Shown here: piece by piece, positions 56,089 to 64,000 of the stretch
Numbering within the stretch: position 1 is the first letter of the stretch
Layout of the letters: each line of letters opens with the position of its first letter
Source: an uncultured Candidatus Saccharibacteria bacterium
GTDB lineage: Bacteria; Patescibacteriota; Minisyncoccia; Phycocordibacterales; UBA2100
DNA: 64,000 nucleotides
Assembly (NCBI GenBank): GCA_964437185.1
Contig: CAYTFU010000002.1
Coordinates: 41,296 to 105,295 of the forward strand
Direction: 5' to 3'
Position numbers and translations under genes: made by a program
Notes under the pieces: model-generated
Told to the model about the DNA's origin: nothing
The model's input: the letters and a program-made list of their open reading frames with translations, nothing else
Databases searched by the model: none

Positions 56089-57312
56089 CTACTGAATCGT
56101 TACCACCGTATTTTTACTCGTCGCGGTGCCTGCGGAGTTGGTGCATTGCAACGCGAGAGAAATAGTGCCCGCGATTGACGTGAGTGGCGCACCCAATACC
56201 TTCGCCCCTTCACCCCCTATCGCAAACGGCTGCCCGTTTTGCGACACAGTGCAAGACCCCGCTTGCATTCCGACGGATGACCAAACGATAAGCGTGCTGC
56301 CATTTCTCGTAACGGTCGGTGATTGCGCAATGATGAGCGATGCAGACGACATTGCAATTTGGGGAGTCGTACTCGATGTTTGACCGACTCCAGGAGAACT
56401 TGTCGCGCCCGTAGATATTCCACTACCTGTTCCAGTCTGCGAACCACTATTGGTACCTGATCCCTGCGTCGAGCCGCCCGTTCCACCCCCGCCGCTTGCA
56501 CCAGACCCCCCACTTGTACTTGTGCTACCAAGGCCAGCCAACCACTGAGCTAGCCCTGCGGCAATACTAGGCGTGGCGGATGTGTTGTAATTTGTTTGAA
56601 AAGTTCGGTATGGATCGGCCGTTGGCGGAATGAAGGTAGGAGGATAGTACTCGTTCATGCCCACATCCGCATCACTGAACGCCAGCGAGATTCCGGATGC
56701 ATCTACATAGTTACCAGGCACGTTCACCGCAACCCCCGCCACTTTCAATTTCGCTGCAAAAGAATTCAAAATATCCGTGTACGTTTTTCCAGCAAAGATT
56801 TTTGGATTGTACAGCGTTTCTTTCACAAACACCGTCGAAGCGAGTGCATTTGGAGTCTGCATGTAGCCAGCAATAAACCTCACCGACCCGGCTTGGCCTA
56901 GGAAATGGCCTAAGTAAAGACCGAGGGATGGGTCAATTTTTGCCTGAATAAAAAGTTTTTCATTTCTGTCTAATGTTTCTCTCAGTGCAAAGGCGGTTAC
57001 CTTGGCGGAGGTCACGGGATCTCGTCGGCTTTCCAATCTAAGCGAGCTACCGTACAGAGCTTTAGTAGCGCGCAACCATGAATCCTCAGTCCATTGGAAC
57101 ATTCCGACAGCGGTCGAAGTAGTATTCGCGATGGTTGCGTTACCGTTACTCTCTATATTTGCAATTTTTCCCAAAATACCTACAGGCAACCGATACTGTT
57201 TTGTTTCCAGTTCAAAAAAGATTTGATTCAGAGATACGGTGATGAGGGCGTTCGCAGACCCGAAAAGAAAAAGAACTACGAGCGCTCCTAAAATAACCGG
57301 TCGCCTTAGCAT
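56089..57312 (-). CDS. secreted lytic-transglycosylase-like protein with G/S/T-rich linker and C-terminal beta domain
   Basis: Signal peptide and SLT-like IESNGN...AVGMFQWT. A low-complexity GSTSTSGGSGASGGGG linker precedes a C-terminal ~88 aa shared with the next gene. Confidence 0.6.
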   Translation of the reverse strand: MLRRPVILGALVVLFLFGSANALITVSLNQIFFELETKQYRLPVGILGKIANIESNGNATIANTTSTAVGMFQWTEDSWLRATKALYGSSLRLESRRDPVTSAKVTAFALRETLDRNEKLFIQAKIDPSLGLYLGHFLGQAGSVRFIAGYMQTPNALASTVFVKETLYNPKIFAGKTYTDILNSFAAKLKVAGVAVNVPGNYVDASGISLAFSDADVGMNEYYPPTFIPPTADPYRTFQTNYNTSATPSIAAGLAQWLAGLGSTSTSGGSGASGGGGTGGSTQGSGTNSGSQTGTGSGISTGATSSPGVGQTSSTTPQIAMSSASLIIAQSPTVTRNGSTLIVWSSVGMQAGSCTVSQNGQPFAIGGEGAKVLGAPLTSIAGTISLALQCTNSAGTATSKNTVVTIQ

Positions 57313-57381
57313 TTGATCATTATATACTCACTCCTTAATGAAGGATGGAATTGTGTTGAAAACCTTTAGCGATGCGTCGTG

Positions 57382-58689
57382 TTATTGGACGACTATATCA
57401 ACGACACGGCGATTCAAAACGCCACCGAAATCGGTGCAGTCGAACTTAATCGTGGTCGTACCGGATTGTGAAGTGTGTGGGACACTAAGAACCGAACTCC
57501 CCTCCGAACCGACTCCAAAAGGAATGTCGTTTTGGGTAATGGTGCACGATGTAGGGATCATACCGACAGAGGTCCACGCAATAACGGTGCTTCCATTGCG
57601 CGGAATGCTGCGAGTTTGCGCAATGATGAGCGAGGCAGCGGGAATTGACCTCGTTGACGTGGAGTAAATCGGGGTAACCGAGACCGCGGGAGGTTGAGTG
57701 GTTGGCTGAGTCTGCATCGGGGTCCCGCCAGTTGTGTACCCCTGATTTGTCGTCATTGGGTTAAACGCTTGCATCGGCGGCATCGGCGGTGGAGGCGGCA
57801 TAAACGGTGTCGGAGAAAACATCGGCTGGGACATGTATGGCATCGATTGTCCGCATGGCATAAGCATCATCGGGGCAGTGCTCACCATACACATCTGATT
57901 TTGCTGAGTCGGGTTATAGGGATTTCCAAAAGGATTTCCACCCATTACGTTGTTTCCAACGGCCGAATACGCAGTGCCCGTTTCGTCGGATACCCATATT
58001 CCGTTCGGAGGGACGGGTGGCTGCATGCCGCCGATGGTGCCGGAAGGCTCAATGTGCCACGGCTCAACAACCATTGGGTAGCGAAGCCCAAAACCCGAGT
58101 AATTCCGGTGTGCCCATGCACACGAAGATATTTGTGCGATACAATCGGCAGTTGCTTGCGATCCGACTCCCGAACCTTTCAATTTTCCCTCGTAGTGAAG
58201 ATCGGCGGCGAGGCCATAATTGTGTTTTGATTGCCCTGGCGGCGCAACGGGAGCTCCCGTCCTTCCTGCAGCAACATACGTTGCGTACATTTGTTTTTGG
58301 CGTTCAACGGATCTGTATCCCGATACAATAGTGATATTTTTTCCCTCTGCGGCCGCCAGTTTCGTCAACCCATACAGTCTGCAGGCAAATATAGGATTCA
58401 AACCGCTTACATCGGTGGGATAACCGGATCTGTTGATTTGTTGCAGGTACAAAAACGGATTTTCGGTGCAGCCGCCATAGATGAGCGGTTTATCTCTATC
58501 GCAAAACTGCCCACCTGCTGGAATGGTCACGCCCGCCGCCTTCAGGCCTTCTTTTTCTTCCGGAGTAATCTCGTGGCAGCCAGGATCTATCTCCCCATAC
58601 GACGCCGAGGGCAAAATTATTACTACAAGCAGCACCAGACCTGAGAGGACTTTTGCCAAGTTCACGATTAAAAGTGTAGCACACAGCAA
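57382..58689 (-). CDS. secreted M15-family (VanY-like) peptidase with Pro/Met-rich linker and shared C-terminal beta domain
   Basis: VSGYRSVERQ, SKHNYGLAADL and EPWHIEP motifs. The start is uncertain: TTG at 58689 or GTG at 58665 (MNLAKVLSGLVLL signal peptide). Confidence 0.75.
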   Translation of the reverse strand: MLCATLLIVNLAKVLSGLVLLVVIILPSASYGEIDPGCHEITPEEKEGLKAAGVTIPAGGQFCDRDKPLIYGGCTENPFLYLQQINRSGYPTDVSGLNPIFACRLYGLTKLAAAEGKNITIVSGYRSVERQKQMYATYVAAGRTGAPVAPPGQSKHNYGLAADLHYEGKLKGSGVGSQATADCIAQISSCAWAHRNYSGFGLRYPMVVEPWHIEPSGTIGGMQPPVPPNGIWVSDETGTAYSAVGNNVMGGNPFGNPYNPTQQNQMCMVSTAPMMLMPCGQSMPYMSQPMFSPTPFMPPPPPMPPMQAFNPMTTNQGYTTGGTPMQTQPTTQPPAVSVTPIYSTSTRSIPAASLIIAQTRSIPRNGSTVIAWTSVGMIPTSCTITQNDIPFGVGSEGSSVLSVPHTSQSGTTTIKFDCTDFGGVLNRRVVDIVVQ

Positions 58690-58694
58690 AAGCT

Positions 58695-58710
58695 CGACGA
58701 CGGCTCGTCG
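58695..58710 (-). terminator. candidate intrinsic terminator after atpC
   Basis: CGACGA-gccg-TCGTCG on the minus strand, followed by agcTTTTgc. Confidence 0.4.
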
Positions 58711-58748
58711 GTTGAAATTGTGAACTACGCTCCGACTCGTGGGTTCGG

Positions 58749-59000
58749 TTACAACAACACAACCGCCTTGTTACTTGAGCACTCCACAACACCGGATTCG
58801 ATTTGAAATTCCCGCGTTTCGCCCGCAGCGTTGAGCACGCGAATCGTTCCTTTCTTCAGCGTCGTCACGATCGGTTCATGGTGCGGAAGAATGGTGAACA
58901 CACCCGCAGCGCCCGGGAGCGTTGCCGATCGTGCTTGGCTGTCGAAACGCGTCTCGCCGACACTTGCGATCGTAAGCAAAAAAGTGTTTGGCTGATGCAT
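58749..59000 (-). CDS. atpC: F-type ATP synthase epsilon subunit, beta-sandwich only
   Basis: 83 aa. GVFTILPHHEPIVTTLKKG pattern; lies directly downstream of atpD. Confidence 0.85.
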   Translation of the reverse strand: MHQPNTFLLTIASVGETRFDSQARSATLPGAAGVFTILPHHEPIVTTLKKGTIRVLNAAGETREFQIESGVVECSSNKAVVLL

Positions 59001-59001
59001 A

Positions 59002-60653
<1,652 letters not shown>

Positions 60654-60702
60654 AAATGACGATTATACGCGGTCTTAACAAAATTCCTAGTAGCTCCTTA
60701 CT

Positions 60703-61626
60703 CTATCTCATCGCTTCGATGCCGCTCGTAATCTCCGACACCTCCCGCGTAATCGCCGCTTGGCGAACTTTGTTGAAGGTGCGTGTGAGGTTGTGCGCCA
60801 TCTCCTTGGCCTTGTCGGTTGCATTTTTCATCGCGACCATGCGTGCCGAGTGCTCGGAAGCCTTGGACTCAAGGAGGGCATGGAAAATGCTGATATTAAC
60901 GAGCTTAGGAAGGAGTACACGAAGTATGCTGTCCGCATCGGGTTCTATCGTATACGCCGAAACGCGATGAGATGTCATCTCATCGTGAAGCGGAGCGTAT
61001 TTACCTCGTGCGGGTCTGATGCCAGCGACCATGGATCGTATGATTTCGGGCGTAATAGGGACGATCTGCCGCACTACGGGCTCTTGCTCGAAGGTCGATA
61101 TAAAGTTCTGGTACGCGACAAACACGCTCCCCACCTCGCCGCTTTCGTGCCAGCCAAGAATCTTTCGCGTTACATCCGACATATCCCCTTCAGCGATAGC
61201 GTCCGATTTGTTGTCGGCGCGTTCTCGCACATCGTACCCCCGCGAAGCGAAGTAATCGCTCCCGCGCCGGCCGTACCCCACGATAATTACATCCTCTTTC
61301 TTGAGATCCTTTTCGCGAATCATCTGCTCAACCGCACGTATAACCCCGCTGTTGAGCGCACCCGCGAGTCCTTTGTCGCTCGTGATAACGATGATGCTAG
61401 TTTTTGCTCCGCTGCGATCATGCATGAGCGGATGCTGCGCGGCATCAACAGTGCCCGAGAGTTTCTCCAAAATCGAAAGCGCCGCAGCAGCATACGCACG
61501 GCCTGAGAGCGCTCGTTCTTGCCCTTTGCGCATCTTCACCGCAGAGACAGCCTCCATCGCATGAGTCACCGTGCCCGTCTTTTTATACGAGAGGATTTTC
61601 AGCTTGATGTTTTTCAGCGAGGCCAT
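60703..61626 (-). CDS. atpG: F-type ATP synthase gamma subunit
   Basis: MASLKNIKLKI...TGTVTHAMEAVSAVKMRK N-terminus and ...QAAITREVSEITSG C-terminus. Confidence 0.93.
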   Translation of the reverse strand: MASLKNIKLKILSYKKTGTVTHAMEAVSAVKMRKGQERALSGRAYAAAALSILEKLSGTVDAAQHPLMHDRSGAKTSIIVITSDKGLAGALNSGVIRAVEQMIREKDLKKEDVIIVGYGRRGSDYFASRGYDVRERADNKSDAIAEGDMSDVTRKILGWHESGEVGSVFVAYQNFISTFEQEPVVRQIVPITPEIIRSMVAGIRPARGKYAPLHDEMTSHRVSAYTIEPDADSILRVLLPKLVNISIFHALLESKASEHSARMVAMKNATDKAKEMAHNLTRTFNKVRQAAITREVSEITSGIEAMR

Positions 61627-61692
61627 GTTAGATTTTGTTGTGAGCGTTAGCGAACTAGAAAATCTTACATCCTGAGCAAAGTCGAGGGATTA

Positions 61693-63264
61693 TTATTTCG
61701 ATGAGGAGAAAAATTCCGAATGGGCCAGCCTAAACGACTCAAATGCGGCGTTGAGTTCCTTTTTCAAATCGTCGGAGACTGCACCAGCATCTTTAATGCT
61801 TTTGAGCGTCTTCGCGTGTTGATCCTCCAAGTACGCCACGAGCTTTGCTTCCACGTGCGTCACCTGTGCGACGGGCACCTCCAGAAAGAATTTATGATTG
61901 GCAGCGTAGAGCACTGCGACTTGCATCTCCACGGGAATAGGCGCTCCGTTCTTCTGCTTCAGCACCTCCACCATTCGCTGACCCGACGCGATACGATCTG
62001 CCGTCACCTTATCGAGATCTTGCGCAAATTGCATGAACGCCTCCAGCTCTCGAAACTGAGCGAGCTCGAGCTTGAGTCCGCCTGCTACGGATTTCATCGC
62101 CTTCGTCTGAGCCGCAGATCCTACGCGCGAGACAGAAATACCGACATCGATCGCGGGTCGCACGCCTTTGTTGAAGAGTTCTGCGATCAAGAAGATCTGA
62201 CCATCTGTGATCGAAATGACGTTGGTCGGAATGTAGGCCGAAACGTCCCCTTCCTGCGTCTCAATAATCGGGAGTGCAGTGATAGAGCCTCCGCCCTTTT
62301 CCTCACTCAAGCGACACGCGCGCTCAAGCAGTCGAGAATGTAAGTAGAAAATATCTCCTGGATACGCCTCGCGTCCCGGCGGACGTCGCAGAAGGAGCGA
62401 GAGTTCGCGGTACGCAACCGCCTGCTTGGAGAGGTCGTCGTAAATAATGAGTACATCTTTCCCCGCGTCCATGAAGTACTCGCCGATAGCGACGCCTGAA
62501 AACGGCGCGATGAATTGAAGCGCGGCAGGCGCGGATGCTGGAGCGTCCACAATGATCGTGTATTCGAGCGCACCCTCCTTGCGCAATTGCTCGACGATTC
62601 GCGCAGTCTTGGATTCCTTCTGGCCGATCGCGACGTAAATACAGATGGGTCGTTTCTCTTTTGGCTCGTTGCGCTGGTTGATTATCGTGTCGATGGCCAC
62701 GGTCGTCTTGCCGATAGATCGATCGCCAATGATCAGCTCGCGCTGCCCTCGACCGATTGGAATCATCGAGTCGATTGCTTTGATACCGGTTTGCAATGGC
62801 ACCGACACCGACTTTCGATCAATAACACCGCTTGCCTGTCGCTCGACAGGCATCATTTTCGTATTTTTGAAAGGCCCCTTTCCGTCGATCGGCTCGCCAA
62901 GCGCATTCACCACACGCCCGAGCAAATCTTCACCCGATGGGACCGAAAGGATTTTGCCCGTCGATTTCACCGTCATGCCTTCTGCCACGCGCGAGGTCTC
63001 TCCCAAAATCGTTGCGCGCACCCCATCCTCTTCAAGGTTCAAGATGAGACCATAGAGCGGTCCATGTGTTTCCAAGGAGTCCGCGAGCTTTTTACCTTTC
63101 CCTTCTTCAAAATGGATGATTTCGCTCATCACTGCCTTCGACAAGCCATCGATCGCGACCACGCCGTCCCCGACCGAGGTCACGCGCCCCACATGCTCAC
63201 TCTCGTGCGTGGGCACAAAGTGCTCGATCTCGCGTATGATTTTTTCAACTACTGAGTTATCCAT
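61693..63264 (-). CDS. atpA: F-type ATP synthase alpha subunit
   Basis: [15 protein letters not shown] (P-loop), [14 protein letters not shown] and PGREAYPGD motifs. Confidence 0.97.
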   Translation of the reverse strand: MDNSVVEKIIREIEHFVPTHESEHVGRVTSVGDGVVAIDGLSKAVMSEIIHFEEGKGKKLADSLETHGPLYGLILNLEEDGVRATILGETSRVAEGMTVKSTGKILSVPSGEDLLGRVVNALGEPIDGKGPFKNTKMMPVERQASGVIDRKSVSVPLQTGIKAIDSMIPIGRGQRELIIGDRSIGKTTVAIDTIINQRNEPKEKRPICIYVAIGQKESKTARIVEQLRKEGALEYTIIVDAPASAPAALQFIAPFSGVAIGEYFMDAGKDVLIIYDDLSKQAVAYRELSLLLRRPPGREAYPGDIFYLHSRLLERACRLSEEKGGGSITALPIIETQEGDVSAYIPTNVISITDGQIFLIAELFNKGVRPAIDVGISVSRVGSAAQTKAMKSVAGGLKLELAQFRELEAFMQFAQDLDKVTADRIASGQRMVEVLKQKNGAPIPVEMQVAVLYAANHKFFLEVPVAQVTHVEAKLVAYLEDQHAKTLKSIKDAGAVSDDLKKELNAAFESFRLAHSEFFSSSK

Positions 63265-63267
63265 AAA

Positions 63268-63654
63268 TTATTGAGTGGTCCGATTATACAGTGTAAGCAG
63301 CTGTTTCTTAAAACTTGCATCGACGAGAACTTCGCGGCCCTCAAGTCGCCACCCCCCGATAAGGGATTCATCGACGATGGTAACGAGGTCTTTTGCAGAT
63401 ACGCTGAGCTCTGAAAGTACTGCGCGAATTTCTTTTTCTGCGACATCACGGTCACCGGCGTGAGCAACACTGACCGTCATTCGACTCTTCTCACGCGCAC
63501 GTTCTGCCGCTTGAGCAAATGCCCGCCCAATTTTCGGAATGAGCATTATTCGGCCGGTACGTTCGAGTGATTTCCGTACCGACGCCACCGCATCAGTAGG
63601 ACTTACGCCTTTTGAAAGAAGTCTCAACAGTGCTTGTGCGTATGCGTTTTCCAT
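63268..63654 (-). CDS. atpH: F-type ATP synthase delta (OSCP) subunit, short
   Basis: 128 aa between atpF and atpA. C-terminal IGGWRLEGREVLVDASFKKQL pattern. Confidence 0.75.
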   Translation of the reverse strand: MENAYAQALLRLLSKGVSPTDAVASVRKSLERTGRIMLIPKIGRAFAQAAERAREKSRMTVSVAHAGDRDVAEKEIRAVLSELSVSAKDLVTIVDESLIGGWRLEGREVLVDASFKKQLLTLYNRTTQ

Positions 63655-63702
63655 AGTTATTTTATAGTGAGTTGCCTGTGGTGAGCGTATCGAACCATCG
63701 AA

Positions 63703-64000
63703 CTATGCGGATTTCTGCCTCAGTATTTTCTCAGCTGCCAAGACAGCAGCCCGCGCAATTTCCTTTTCGCTCTTTTTCAACGCCTCTCTTTGCGCCTCCT
63801 CGGCTCGCTCAGCGGCGTCCTTGAGGGTTGCCGCAGCTCGCGCCTCTGCACTTTGGACAATTTCAACCCCCCTTTCCTCCGCGCGCACTCGCGCTGTGGC
63901 GATAATCCCCTCCGCCTCTCTCCCCGCCTCGCCTTTCATGGAGTCGCTTGTGGTTTTAGCCTCTGCAAGACTTCTTGCTGCGGCTTCCGCATCACGTACC
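63703..64000 (-). CDS. atpF: F-type ATP synthase b subunit, 5'-truncated by the window edge
   Basis: Charged Ala/Glu/Arg-rich helix. The reading frame stays open upstream of the annotated Met to position 64000. Confidence 0.7.
   Translation of the reverse strand, partial: VRDAEAAARSLAEAKTTSDSMKGEAGREAEGIIATARVRAEERGVEIVQSAEARAAATLKDAAERAEEAQREALKKSEKEIARAAVLAAEKILRQKSA

Overview
64 kb of densely packed (about 90% coding) bacterial chromosome using the standard code (TGA is a stop), with about 70 CDS and no rRNA, tRNA or CRISPR that I could find. Gene content suggests a reduced, Patescibacteria/CPR (Parcubacteria-like) genome; this is inference from DUF5671-like and small coiled-coil proteins, shortened aaRS and ATP-synthase subunits, and tight operons. 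Housekeeping content includes: ung; a hemB-hemC-hemD-chdC-hemE-hemH heme cluster; infA-rpmJ-rpsM-rpsK-rpsD-rpoA-rplQ-rplM-rpsI; grpE-dnaK-dnaJ; six aaRS genes (alaS, trpS, aspS, gltX, cysS, leuS); scpAB; a partial dcw cluster (dac, mraY, ftsW, murG); rpmA, rplI, ctpA and ychF; and an atpFHAGDC operon running off the right edge. Three things stand out. (1) leuS encodes an 1123-aa LeuRS with two intact foreign hydrolase domains inserted in-frame, an RBBP9/YdeN-type Ser hydrolase at the CP1 hinge and a Nudix domain in the editing-domain linker. (2) Five gene termini (rpsI, a membrane protein, a histidine kinase, an M23 peptidase, and the leuS 5' end) are duplicated a short distance away. The copies differ mostly at synonymous sites and bracket inserted DNA: a 1.56 kb MNT/HEPN+GNAT island, a small coiled-coil gene, or short hairpin-containing segments. 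(3) A three-member family of small coiled-coil proteins is present, with one member wedged between atpG and atpD. Other items: a BrnT/BrnA module inside the dcw cluster, two adjacent secreted peptidoglycan hydrolases sharing a C-terminal domain, a tandem M14 pair in which one copy has lost catalytic residues, and a CorA-like protein lacking GMN. All calls rest on reading the ORF translations and DNA by eye; no database search was run.
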